Source of the DNA: a virus
DNA length: 64,000 nucleotides
Strand: one strand, 5' to 3'
IMG/VR virus record: IMGVR_UViG_3300025138_000013
The notes under the pieces: generated by a model
Told to the model about the DNA's origin: nothing
What the model saw: the letters and a program-made list of their open reading frames with translations, nothing else
The model's database searches: none
Shown here: positions 7,409 to 16,774 of the stretch, piece after piece
Layout of the letters: the number at the start of each line of letters is the position of its first letter
How positions within the stretch are numbered: position 1 is the first letter of the stretch
Program-made: the position numbers and the translations under genes

Positions 7409-9667
7409 CAGTAGTTGGGAAGTTCTTCCGATTGTAGGGTCAGTTGGTCTAGGGTTGGGTGAAGATGAGATTGCATTATGAGTCACATTGTTAGTAGAAT
7501 TGCTTATACCAACTCCAGTGGTATTACTTCCTTGACCACCACCGTTCATTGCAGCTTTGGTTGCTTCTCTTTGTTGCTTTAACTCATCACCAGTCATAGG
7601 AGTACCTTCAAGACCTAGATTCCTTGAATCAAGTTCTGCCTTAACTAGTGCCATGTCTTCTTCAGTTAAATCATTGTGTGAAACAATGGCCATTAAGTCT
7701 TTAGTTGGAGCGCCAGATATCATAGATGCATCTACAGTAGATTTACCTACTCTATTTTTATCGTAGAGACCACTCTCTTCTGCAGAACCAGTATCAGCCA
7801 TTATACCTTTTGCCCAATCGGGTAATAGTGAATTAACAAATCCTGCTATACCATCGAAGATTGCTCTAAATGGTGCTAAGAATAAATCAAAGACTCCACC
7901 TATTATCTTCATTAGACCATCAAAAATACCACCAAAATCACCACTGAATGCAGCGCTAAACATATCGATGAATCCACCGAAGATGTTTGTTATGGCTCCC
8001 CATATATTGCTGAAGACATCCATAATAACATTGACTATACCACTAATGGTATCAAATACAAAACCAAATACTGTAGATAAAGTCTCACCTATGATAGGGA
8101 ACTTATTAAATACTGCAACTACAGCTCCAACGAGTAAAGCAACTCCAACTGCAATTAATAATCCCATTGCAATGAATGGTAAGGCTGCTACAATCATTGA
8201 ACCCACAAACATAGTGGTTGCAACAACGAATCCTAATACAGCAGGAACAAACTTTAATGCAGATTTAACAAATGACCATGAAGATGCTAAGAAAGACATC
8301 ACCCCAGCTTTCATATTTTCTCCACTACTGAAGAACTGGCCAACTGATTTTCCAAATCCAATAACCGTATTGCCTACCTTATTAACACTCTCACCATAGA
8401 AATTTAATGCATCTCCAAATCCACCAGTAATTTTACCAAACATAGAACCTTCACCAAACACTAAGCCTCTAAAGTTTTCAGCATGACCTTTCATCTGTGA
8501 GAAATTTTCTTCCATCATCTCACCAGCTTCTGCTTGTTTGTCTGTATCACCAAACGAAAATGAACTTCTAAGAGAATTTTTAATTCCATTTAACATATCA
8601 GATATTGCACCAGCTGCTTCTATTGGAACAGAATCACTTTTGTATGTAGATAGGAACTCAGCTGATTTATCTTGGGGTGATTTCTCCATGCCCGGCAATG
8701 TTTCTTGGAGAGGTCTTCGTTCTACACTTTCAGTAGGTGTTACATTTGCAACAATGTTTGCTCCTTTAGCAAATGTCTTGGTTGCAACATCAAATTGCTT
8801 TTTGATGTTTTGTGGACTTACTGTATCAAGGACACCACCGATTCCATCTTTGATGCCTTTAAAGAAACTGCCTGCTTTCTTACCTAATGGGGTTGCAAAA
8901 TCAACAACCGATGATTCAATAATATCTTCTGATGATGTAGCTGCATATGCAGAACTAACATCTTTAACAGGGCCAACAAAATCTTCACCCATGCCAGCGA
9001 TACCACTAGGTACTGTACCTGGCGCTCCCCCTGTTCTAGTAATTTTTATTTTTCTATCAAAGACTTTTAAGTGGTCTGTTAATAGTACAACAGTCTCACC
9101 TAGACTTCCTAAGAAACTTATTAAACCAACACCTAAACTAACAATCCCTTTAAAGAAATTAGTTAGTTTACTAGACTTACCACTTAAGTCTATCAAACCA
9201 AATGTCAAACCTTCAATACCTTTAACCATATCATCAATGCCAGAAGACATTCCGTCTATACCAGTATTCATACTACCTTGAGATTTAAGGTTTTCGATGT
9301 GGTCTTTCTCTAAGTCGTTACCTTCACTTAATGATTTTTTAAACTTATCAAAATCGTCAACCAATTCTTTAGTTGCATCATTTCTTCTATTGTCTAGTTT
9401 GTATAATTCTATGTCTCGTTGAGTTTGATTATTTGCGTGTTTTTGCATAATCTTCTCACGAGACTTATCGAATTTTTCTTGTTGTGCTTCGACCTTTCCT
9501 TGATGTGTTTCTTGCCTACGAGCGAGTCTTTCTTGAGACTCTTTCATTCTTTCGTTTGCTTTAATTATTTCAGCAGACTGCTTGAAAGCAAGACCAGTTG
9601 TTACCCTGTTCAAGCTTCCAATTAAACCTTCTGTAAAATTCTTTATATCTGCGTTGGTCTCAGCCAT
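7400..9667 (-). CDS. putative tape-measure / gp29-like baseplate hub protein
   Basis: 755 aa with an N-terminal coiled coil and periodic F/W amphipathic helical repeats; downstream of gp26/gp51. Confidence 0.6.
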   Translation of the reverse strand: MAETNADIKNFTEGLIGSLNRVTTGLAFKQSAEIIKANERMKESQERLARRQETHQGKVEAQQEKFDKSREKIMQKHANNQTQRDIELYKLDNRRNDATKELVDDFDKFKKSLSEGNDLEKDHIENLKSQGSMNTGIDGMSSGIDDMVKGIEGLTFGLIDLSGKSSKLTNFFKGIVSLGVGLISFLGSLGETVVLLTDHLKVFDRKIKITRTGGAPGTVPSGIAGMGEDFVGPVKDVSSAYAATSSEDIIESSVVDFATPLGKKAGSFFKGIKDGIGGVLDTVSPQNIKKQFDVATKTFAKGANIVANVTPTESVERRPLQETLPGMEKSPQDKSAEFLSTYKSDSVPIEAAGAISDMLNGIKNSLRSSFSFGDTDKQAEAGEMMEENFSQMKGHAENFRGLVFGEGSMFGKITGGFGDALNFYGESVNKVGNTVIGFGKSVGQFFSSGENMKAGVMSFLASSWSFVKSALKFVPAVLGFVVATTMFVGSMIVAALPFIAMGLLIAVGVALLVGAVVAVFNKFPIIGETLSTVFGFVFDTISGIVNVIMDVFSNIWGAITNIFGGFIDMFSAAFSGDFGGIFDGLMKIIGGVFDLFLAPFRAIFDGIAGFVNSLLPDWAKGIMADTGSAEESGLYDKNRVGKSTVDASMISGAPTKDLMAIVSHNDLTEEDMALVKAELDSRNLGLEGTPMTGDELKQQREATKAAMNGGGQGSNTTGVGISNSTNNVTHNAISSSPNPRPTDPTIGRTSQLLLD

Positions 9668-9677
9668 TTATGTTTTC

Positions 9678-10058
9678 CTAATTAGGGTTTGTATCTGCGT
9701 GTTCTTTCGCTGCACTTGAAGTGTATAGACCAAACCAAGCTGCACCAGCACCAACCAATACGGAAATCAATCCCGATTGTTCTAGTGTTGGGTCTGTTAA
9801 GTCCATAAACCAAAAAGTCGCATAATATAATAGGTACATGTAAATACCTAGGAATGCACGAGGTATAATTCTCCATGCATCAATTGTCTTAGCTGCAAAT
9901 ATCCATTTCTGCCAAGGGTTCTTTCTATCTTCTTGAGTTAGTTCAAAGATTTCCTGTTTCAAATCACCGATTTCAGAAACCATACTCATAAACTTTTTCA
10001 AGTCAATTTCTACTTCGTTACGACTCATGTCGCCTTGAAATTTTTCCATGTCGCTCAT
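9678..10058 (-). CDS. two-TM membrane protein
   Basis: DAWRIIPR followed by two hydrophobic helices; GAGGA SD. Confidence 0.65.
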   Translation of the reverse strand: MSDMEKFQGDMSRNEVEIDLKKFMSMVSEIGDLKQEIFELTQEDRKNPWQKWIFAAKTIDAWRIIPRAFLGIYMYLLYYATFWFMDLTDPTLEQSGLISVLVGAGAAWFGLYTSSAAKEHADTNPN

Positions 10059-10086
10059 TTTTGTATCCTCTAGTTTAAATTAAACG

Positions 10087-10227
10087 TTATCTTCTCATTT
10101 TGGCTTGTTCTGCCTTCTGACGTTCTTTTTCTTCTTCTAGATGTTGCATGAGCAATTTAATATAGATTTCCCTTTCCCAAGGTATCATTGAATCTAATTC
10201 GTCTAACGAGTATTTGTGGTGTTGCAT
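10087..10227 (-). CDS. gp51: baseplate hub assembly protein (absent from the ORF track; possibly made as a -1 frameshift extension of gp26)
   Basis: MQHHKYSLDELDSMIPWEREIYIKLL; the frame stays open upstream to the gp26 stop. Confidence 0.8.
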   Translation of the reverse strand: MQHHKYSLDELDSMIPWEREIYIKLLMQHLEEEKERQKAEQAKMRR

Positions 10228-10280
10228 TAGTTGAAAGTTGGTGCTATAAAAATTAAACACCGACTCATGAGAAAGGGTTA

Positions 10281-10985
10281 TTAAAAAAAACTTTGTAGTC
10301 CTTCTAATACTCTCTCATTCAACTTACCACAAGTGTTACACTTGTATTCAATCTTACCTTGAAGTTTGGGCATACCGTTAAAGAATGCACTCAACTTCTC
10401 AATCTGTGGAAAGGTTAAACTTTCTACAAACTCTGATTTATCGTCAGCTGACATATCAGCCTCATCGTAGACATTCTCTGCATCAAAAATTTGTGTGATT
10501 GATGCCTTAAGAACTTCTATCGATTGTTGGTCTTCAGAAGCAGTAGTAATTTGTTCCATATCTTTAACCTTTGGATATCTTAATATAATACCAACGTCAT
10601 CTGATATCATTATCTTAGGGTCACCACCAGTATCTTCTGTTACTGTTAGGTCATCTAAGTTAACTACTGTTTCACCAGTTCCATTACAGTCAGTTGACAT
10701 GCAAGCCAACTTTAATGGAATCGTTTCACCTACTGATACTGCTCTGATTTTACAGAACAAGTACTCTAGGTCAAACATAGTCAATTCATTTGCATTGACT
10801 TTCTCAAACGTCACATTATTAATCAAATCCTTAACTGCACTAAGTGTAGTTTTCGGGTCTTCACTTTCTTGTGCAATGACAAGAATCTTTTGTTCCTTTA
10901 CTAGGAACGGTCTGAATTTTACTTCAGTACCAGTTGATGGCAATTCACATGTATATGTGGGGGTTGCTTGAATTGGTAAGGCCAT
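10281..10985 (-). CDS. gp26: baseplate hub assembly chaperone
   Basis: MALP...PTY..ELPSTG..VKFRPFLVKEQKIL, FDLEYLF.KIRA.SVGE, LEGLQSFF. Confidence 0.9.
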   Translation of the reverse strand: MALPIQATPTYTCELPSTGTEVKFRPFLVKEQKILVIAQESEDPKTTLSAVKDLINNVTFEKVNANELTMFDLEYLFCKIRAVSVGETIPLKLACMSTDCNGTGETVVNLDDLTVTEDTGGDPKIMISDDVGIILRYPKVKDMEQITTASEDQQSIEVLKASITQIFDAENVYDEADMSADDKSEFVESLTFPQIEKLSAFFNGMPKLQGKIEYKCNTCGKLNERVLEGLQSFF

Positions 10986-11004
10986 AATTATACTCCATAA
11001 TTAA

Positions 11005-11814
11005 TTAACCACCACCCAGTAACTTTCCTATTCCTAGGTTTTTGTACTTAGTGGCAGCGGTGTCAAGTGATGATAACTTATTAAGGTAACCACCAACTTT
11101 ATCGTTAAATCTACTTCCGACTTTTAATGCGTCTAAAGTAGAATCTAAAATCTTTCTTCCAGTATTTAGTGCAGAAGCTTCGGGAAGTTTTGGTTGCTTT
11201 GCTAGCATACCATCATATATCTCAGTGTAATTTCTATTTGGCTTCCTATCTTCTACCATGTATTCTGTATCGTAATGTCTGTATTGGAATGACATACTAA
11301 TTTCTAGTATACCACTTGAGTCTGCACCAAAACTTTGAGTATCGAATGATGATGGATATACGTCATAGTAACAATATTTTAAAGACTTAGTTTCGTCCTT
11401 TCTCAGTGCATACACTTCAAGTTGTCCGATGTATTCATCAAGATATTTCATGACTGGTATTTGTGCAGAACCTTGAGTTCCACCAGCACCACCTGTGTAT
11501 GGTGCTTCGTAAATCCATCGATGCCATGCTTCAATTAATGCACGGTCATGAAATGATTGGTCACATATAAAGGTTAAGTCAACAAACCCACCTTGGTCTA
11601 CAGTTCCGTCGGGGATTTCATATCCCGAATTGTATTGGTCTCTTGTATTAGTTCCTAAAGATGAACCTTCCATATCTACACTTCTACATCTAAGCATGTC
11701 TTCTGCAGCGAACTGAAATCCTAATCCAGCAGGTGCTATAATAGCAACATCATAATGGTCTCCTCTTGCACCTACATCAAAATTTGCTTTAAACGTATCT
11801 ATTGTTATACTCAT
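11005..11814 (-). CDS. gp54: baseplate tail tube initiator (gp19-like fold)
   Basis: LTFICD...IEAWHRWI, YLDEYIG, YP motifs; next to gp26. Confidence 0.65.
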   Translation of the reverse strand: MSITIDTFKANFDVGARGDHYDVAIIAPAGLGFQFAAEDMLRCRSVDMEGSSLGTNTRDQYNSGYEIPDGTVDQGGFVDLTFICDQSFHDRALIEAWHRWIYEAPYTGGAGGTQGSAQIPVMKYLDEYIGQLEVYALRKDETKSLKYCYYDVYPSSFDTQSFGADSSGILEISMSFQYRHYDTEYMVEDRKPNRNYTEIYDGMLAKQPKLPEASALNTGRKILDSTLDALKVGSRFNDKVGGYLNKLSSLDTAATKYKNLGIGKLLGGG

Positions 11815-12401
11815 TAGAATTTCCTTTGACTCTCTGCATACACAGTATTTGCGTTGACGTTAAATTTTGCAAGTGGTAACATCAATATTGCTTCCCATTG
11901 TTGGTAAGGTACTTCCACTATTCTTGCACCTATGTGTGTTGTTAAATATCTTTTGATACAAGGTTTTGCAAACCTTAAATCATTATTGTACTGAATGATG
12001 TTGTAATCAACTTCCATTCTAGTATCTCCATCACCCTCTATTGTATTGCCTCTTAGCTCTTCTAATAAGGGTCTGAGTAATGCAGTTCTATGTCTAGGTG
12101 CAATGTAATGTGTATTAATACCTAAGAACCCATCTTTATATTGTTCTATTGGTATCACTATTGGGTACTTATCCCAGTAAGGCAATTCATCTTGCCATTT
12201 AGCATCGTAGTGAAACATGTATACTTTACCCTGCTTAAAACTACTAGATGTAACTGCACTCAGTCCACCCATTAATCTATCGGGTCTTAGTTTAATATCT
12301 CTTACGTTAGTTCTAAACCATTCAAGACTATCTTCAGTTCCCGATTCTATATCTTCGGGTAACATTTTTGCTACTGCTGACAATAAGACTCTTGATACCA
12401 T
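11814..12401 (-). CDS. gp2: DNA end protector protein
   Basis: YMFHYDAK..LPYWDKYP, GFLGINTHYI, KPCIKRYL, LPLAKF. Confidence 0.85.
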   Translation of the reverse strand: MVSRVLLSAVAKMLPEDIESGTEDSLEWFRTNVRDIKLRPDRLMGGLSAVTSSSFKQGKVYMFHYDAKWQDELPYWDKYPIVIPIEQYKDGFLGINTHYIAPRHRTALLRPLLEELRGNTIEGDGDTRMEVDYNIIQYNNDLRFAKPCIKRYLTTHIGARIVEVPYQQWEAILMLPLAKFNVNANTVYAESQRKF

Positions 12402-12418
12402 ATAACTATTTATGTATT

Positions 12419-13135
12419 CTAGGCTACAATACTAAAATTAGTTTCTATAACTTTTCGATTAGATGGATTTATTTCTAGGAATGACCCGAGGTCTTCTTCA
12501 GTTATATGACCAGTAACGGTAACTCTACCATTTCCGAATAGATGTTTTATACTTTCATCACAGGTTCCTATGAGTCTAGGTTTCTTACCCTCATATAATT
12601 CTCTAAGTCTATAGTAGTACTCATACATTTCGGGACGGTCTTCAGATATATGAAACTCAATCATACCCTCAACATCAAAGAACCTAGTATCTCTACCCTC
12701 GGGGATAGGGAATTCATTTATCCAATCATCATAAGTGATTTGTTTATTGTTGGGTAAGTAATTGGAGTCATCCCAAACAACAAATTTTGTTTCATAAGCT
12801 TTACATTGTATCAGAGCATTTACACGAACGGAGCCTGGATGTACTCTCCATCTACCGTTTGGTTTAATCCATGCTTGTGGTGTAGAATAAAACCCTACTG
12901 TTTTGTATTGGTCTATTAACCAAACTAGTTTCTGTGCTTCGTTTCTCAGTGAATCATCGTCGGTCTTATTCTCTGCAACATTGATATGATGGATATACTC
13001 CAACAAATTCTTTCCAAACATCTTAGGGTGATATGGATGCCAATGTTTACATTCAGCTAGAGTCGCTATCTTTGGTATTGATACTCTAGATTTATTTTCG
13101 AAGGCCTCTCGTAGGCGGTCTTCAGTTATATGCAT
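12419..13135 (-). CDS. hypothetical protein with a ParB/Srx-like HPGSxR domain
   Basis: KLVWLI...G....Q...RVHPGSVR, shared with the N-terminal half of ORF 51024. Confidence 0.5.
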   Translation of the reverse strand: MHITEDRLREAFENKSRVSIPKIATLAECKHWHPYHPKMFGKNLLEYIHHINVAENKTDDDSLRNEAQKLVWLIDQYKTVGFYSTPQAWIKPNGRWRVHPGSVRVNALIQCKAYETKFVVWDDSNYLPNNKQITYDDWINEFPIPEGRDTRFFDVEGMIEFHISEDRPEMYEYYYRLRELYEGKKPRLIGTCDESIKHLFGNGRVTVTGHITEEDLGSFLEINPSNRKVIETNFSIVA

Positions 13136-13862
13136 TTATTCTATCCTCTACTAGTTTGATATCTTTAGGTGTGTCTACTGATAGACCATCATCTTCTACA
13201 TGAATCATTAGAACCTTATATCCATGTTCTAAGAATCTCAACATCTCAACCCTTTCAGCTCTCTCTAAAGTCTGCATAGGTAATGCAGAAAATTCTTGTA
13301 GACGTTCTTTAGTGAATGCATATAAACCAAGTTGTTGATGTACCCTTGCATCCTCACCTCGTGGGAAAGGTATACCAAGACGTGAGTAATACATTGCACA
13401 ATGATGTGAATCAAACACAACCTTTACTACATCGTTGTCCATGACCTTGTAAGGTTCCTCGATTGTAACATATGCATTTGCAACACCAAGATTAGGATTA
13501 AAATAATCACATAGTCTATCAATTGCTTCGGGGTCAATCAAGGGTTCGTCACCTTGAATATTAACATAGATATCTGCATCTATTTGTTCAGATGCAATTG
13601 CACATCTATCGGTACCAGTTTCACAATCATCATCAACTCTTATCACAGGTATATTGAATATCTCACAATGGTATTCAATTCTGTTATCATCCGTAACCAC
13701 GTAGACCTTGTCTAGTTTCTTCGAAGCCGATGCACGGTCATAGGTTCTTTTAATCATAGATTCACCACAGATTAATGCAAGGGGTTTACCCTCAAATCTA
13801 GATGAACCCCAACGAGCAGGTATTAAACCGACTCGATTGAATTTGCTCTGTTCCAACAACAT
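13122..13862 (-). CDS. kdsB: CMP-Kdo synthetase (3-deoxy-manno-octulosonate cytidylyltransferase)
   Basis: IPARWGSSRFEGKPL, TGTDR, NIQGDEP, VKVV, MYYSR, GLYAF, LERAERVEMLR, SVDTPKD; likely ATG at 13862. Confidence 0.9.
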   Translation of the reverse strand: MLLEQSKFNRVGLIPARWGSSRFEGKPLALICGESMIKRTYDRASASKKLDKVYVVTDDNRIEYHCEIFNIPVIRVDDDCETGTDRCAIASEQIDADIYVNIQGDEPLIDPEAIDRLCDYFNPNLGVANAYVTIEEPYKVMDNDVVKVVFDSHHCAMYYSRLGIPFPRGEDARVHQQLGLYAFTKERLQEFSALPMQTLERAERVEMLRFLEHGYKVLMIHVEDDGLSVDTPKDIKLVEDRINAYN

Positions 13863-14425
13863 TCTATATCTCCATATCCATATTCTGCATAGATGAAATC
13901 TACCCCAGCTCTGTTTGCACAATCCATATCTACTTGCATATCCCCAACATAAACTGCATCACTTGGGTCAGTATTACAATATGCAAGGGTATATAGTAGT
14001 TGGTCGGGGGATGGTTTCCCTCTCAATCCTTCAGTGGGACAACATATGATTTCAAAATTGACATTAATCTCAGCAAGAATAGCATCAGCTCGTAATTTCG
14101 ACTTCGAAGTTACCACGGCTAATTTCTTACCATCACGCTCCAATGATTGAAGGTGTTTTTCTACACCATCGTAAAACTTTATCAAGTTAGAATTCGCTGC
14201 AGAGTATCTATTGTATCTTCTCATCAACTCATCTTGGTCAGTAAGTATACCCATCTCAGTTAAGATATCCTTGAACGGTTTACCAATGTGTTTAAAATAA
14301 CTTGGGAACGTATTAGTGGTATCTTCAAAAGGTTTACCAGTGTCTAACTTGTTGAATGCCAGTTCCATGTTTGCTTTTGAGTCAATCAAGACTCCATCCA
14401 AATCAAATACATATAATTTCTTCAT
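13823..14425 (-). CDS. HAD-family phosphatase (Gph-like)
   Basis: FDLDGVLIDS, VTSK, KPSPD, YVGDMQVD. Confidence 0.85.
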   Translation of the reverse strand: MKKLYVFDLDGVLIDSKANMELAFNKLDTGKPFEDTTNTFPSYFKHIGKPFKDILTEMGILTDQDELMRRYNRYSAANSNLIKFYDGVEKHLQSLERDGKKLAVVTSKSKLRADAILAEINVNFEIICCPTEGLRGKPSPDQLLYTLAYCNTDPSDAVYVGDMQVDMDCANRAGVDFIYAEYGYGDIECCWNRANSIESV

Positions 14426-14871
14426 TTTTTTACCTTTTTTGGGAGTAAGTGGTCTTCGGTTAGTATACGGAATCCAAATTTTCTATCTTTGCAGAAGCTT
14501 TCTGCAGCTTTAAACTTTGCTTCATTGACTACATAGGTTGCAACCTCTTTGTAGTAACGTTGTGTCTTACGTTTTGGTTGTTTTGGGGGCCTAGTTTGTT
14601 TCTTAGGTTTGACCTCAATGATTTCTCGAAGTATTTGACCCGATGCATTCTTATACTTTATGTAAAAGTCGGGAAAATATCTATGTGGTCTTTTGTCTAA
14701 GGGTGAAATGTATGGTATAATGATTTCTTCACTACCCCATTCTAATACATTGCTGTTTTCATCACAGTAAACCATGAATCTACGCTCCCATAAAGACCTA
14801 TAATAGATTTTAGTGGGGTCTCCTTTGTATTTTTTGTAGTTCTTTGGTTTGAACTTACCCGAATATGCCAT
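14422..14871 (-). CDS. gp4: head completion nuclease
   Basis: KYKGDPTKIYYRSLWE, WGSEE, HRYFPDF, IEVKP, ILTE. Confidence 0.92.
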   Translation of the reverse strand: MAYSGKFKPKNYKKYKGDPTKIYYRSLWERRFMVYCDENSNVLEWGSEEIIIPYISPLDKRPHRYFPDFYIKYKNASGQILREIIEVKPKKQTRPPKQPKRKTQRYYKEVATYVVNEAKFKAAESFCKDRKFGFRILTEDHLLPKKVKK

Positions 14872-14900
14872 AAATAACAGTAACCATAATTAACAAGAAC

Positions 14901-14908
14901 TATTTATA
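14901..14908 (-). promoter_or_regulatory. T4-type late promoter
   Basis: TATAAATA on the minus strand upstream of gp4. Confidence 0.7.
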
Positions 14909-14918
14909 GGGATTCTAA

Positions 14919-16055
14919 ATGCCGAATATCAACAAAATACTAAACAAAGTAAACCAAGGGAAACAAGCAATTAAATCTCTTAAGGGAATACAAGCAAAAA
15001 TCAGTGGGACAGGTTACGACATAAAAGACATGGCAACCAAGGGGATTGAAGGAACTGCTTTTGGTGGTGTTGCAGATAAATTAGCACAACAAAAATTAGA
15101 AGCTGAAAATACACTCAACAATAGACGTGCAAGTTTACAAAAGTCTCGTGAATCAGTTAAATCAAAAGCTTACGCAAAACATAGCCCCGAACAAAGTTAC
15201 AGAGAGTTGCAATATCCAATTGGGGATGGGGTAGAAAACTTTCTTGTTTTCGAAACATTACCAAGGCAGAAAAGAGAAGGGGAAAACAACAGGAATATGC
15301 TTAGTGGTAAGGAGTCAACCAACATATATTTATATGTTCCAACTGAAATTGGAGATGACGTTAAAGCAGAATACTCAGCAACTGGAGTTGGTAAAGGTAT
15401 TAGAAGTGCATTAGAAATAAAAGATTCTTTCAATGGTAAAATGGATGGTTCCACAATGCAAGCAATGGGAACTGCATTAGAAAATGCAATACAAACAGGT
15501 ATAGATTCTATTGCATCAATGATAGTTGGCGATGCAAGTAACTTCCTTGCTGGAAGAGCAGTCAATCCTATGGAAGAACAGATGTTTCAAGGAGTAGGAT
15601 TTAGAGACTTTAGTTTTGACTATGAGTTTTATCCTAGAAATGCAGATGAAGCAAAAGCAGTTCAAGATATTGTACATCACTTTAAAACAGCAATGTTACC
15701 CGATACATATAGTAATGCAGAAGGGGATACTGCAGTAGAAAACTACTTCAACTATCCGAATATTTTCAAGCTAAGTTGGGAGGGCCCGATTGCAAAACAG
15801 TTTGATGATTTCTTACCTATGGTTTGTACAAGTGTGTCTACTAGTCATTCAACTAAACTGTTTCAAGATGGATACCCTGTATCTACAACAATGGGTATAT
15901 CATTTACAGAAATTAAAATACTCACTCAAGAAAATTATCAACAGATATCTAAATCGAGCAAAGCAGATAAGAGTATCGGTAGTGGTAATACATCTCTTGC
16001 AATGAGAAGGTCAGAAACAATAGCAGCTACCAATGCTAGTGGAGATGGTGGTTAA
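14919..16055 (+). CDS. gp48: baseplate tail tube cap
   Basis: LQYP, IYLYVP, NPMEEQMFQGVGFRDFSFDYEFYPRN..EA, F.YP..F, FTEI. Confidence 0.85.
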   Translation: MPNINKILNKVNQGKQAIKSLKGIQAKISGTGYDIKDMATKGIEGTAFGGVADKLAQQKLEAENTLNNRRASLQKSRESVKSKAYAKHSPEQSYRELQYPIGDGVENFLVFETLPRQKREGENNRNMLSGKESTNIYLYVPTEIGDDVKAEYSATGVGKGIRSALEIKDSFNGKMDGSTMQAMGTALENAIQTGIDSIASMIVGDASNFLAGRAVNPMEEQMFQGVGFRDFSFDYEFYPRNADEAKAVQDIVHHFKTAMLPDTYSNAEGDTAVENYFNYPNIFKLSWEGPIAKQFDDFLPMVCTSVSTSHSTKLFQDGYPVSTTMGISFTEIKILTQENYQQISKSSKADKSIGSGNTSLAMRRSETIAATNASGDGG

Positions 16056-16057
16056 TA

Positions 16058-16774
16058 ATGGCAAACCAATTTTTCAAGAACTTTCCTACAACCAATTACA
16101 AATTACCAAATGGTAAATGGATTACAATTAAAGACTTCTTTAGAAAGTCTACAATAGAACAAAATGCAATTAATAGTATTGTTGATTATGAGTACTATGA
16201 ATTAGAAGATGGTGAAAGACCCGATATCGTTGCAAGTAAGATTTATGGTAACGGTGACCTACATTGGACTTTATTATTAGTCAATCAAATGGAATCGTAT
16301 TTTGACTGGCATAAAGACACACAAACATTTGAAACATATTTAAAACAAAAATATCCAGGCCAATGGTTAATTTTCAGTAATACTTCTGATATGATAGACC
16401 AAACCTCGAAGTTTCTATTGGGTGAACAAATTACATCTAATGATGGTAACAAAGGACACGTCATTAAAGTGCAACCTACATATAATAGAATCGGAGTAGA
16501 AGGTACACTAGATTTTGAGGGCAATGATACTATTACTGGTGACATCTCTAGAAAGTCCGCCACAGTTTTGAATGCAATTAATCAAATAGATGGCATTGCA
16601 TATTATAAAGATAATAACGGATTAAGAAAAAACTATTTTGAAAATGGATACACTTCAGTATCACTATGGCAAGATGAGTTTGATAGAAATGATGAAAAAA
16701 GATTAATAAAAATTATTAGACCAACGTACATAAGAAAAGTAGTACAAGAGTTTGATAGAATAATGAGTTCATAA
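16058..16774 (+). CDS. gp53: baseplate wedge subunit (LysM-like)
   Basis: FFKNFP...Y, DGERPDIVA..IYG...LHWTLLLVN, NDEKRLIKI. Confidence 0.88.
   Translation: MANQFFKNFPTTNYKLPNGKWITIKDFFRKSTIEQNAINSIVDYEYYELEDGERPDIVASKIYGNGDLHWTLLLVNQMESYFDWHKDTQTFETYLKQKYPGQWLIFSNTSDMIDQTSKFLLGEQITSNDGNKGHVIKVQPTYNRIGVEGTLDFEGNDTITGDISRKSATVLNAINQIDGIAYYKDNNGLRKNYFENGYTSVSLWQDEFDRNDEKRLIKIIRPTYIRKVVQEFDRIMSS

Noticed and set aside
13863-13922. Extended N-terminus of kdsB in the ORF track
   Set aside because: It overlaps the HAD gene and is not KdsB-like; ATG 13862 fits the family start.
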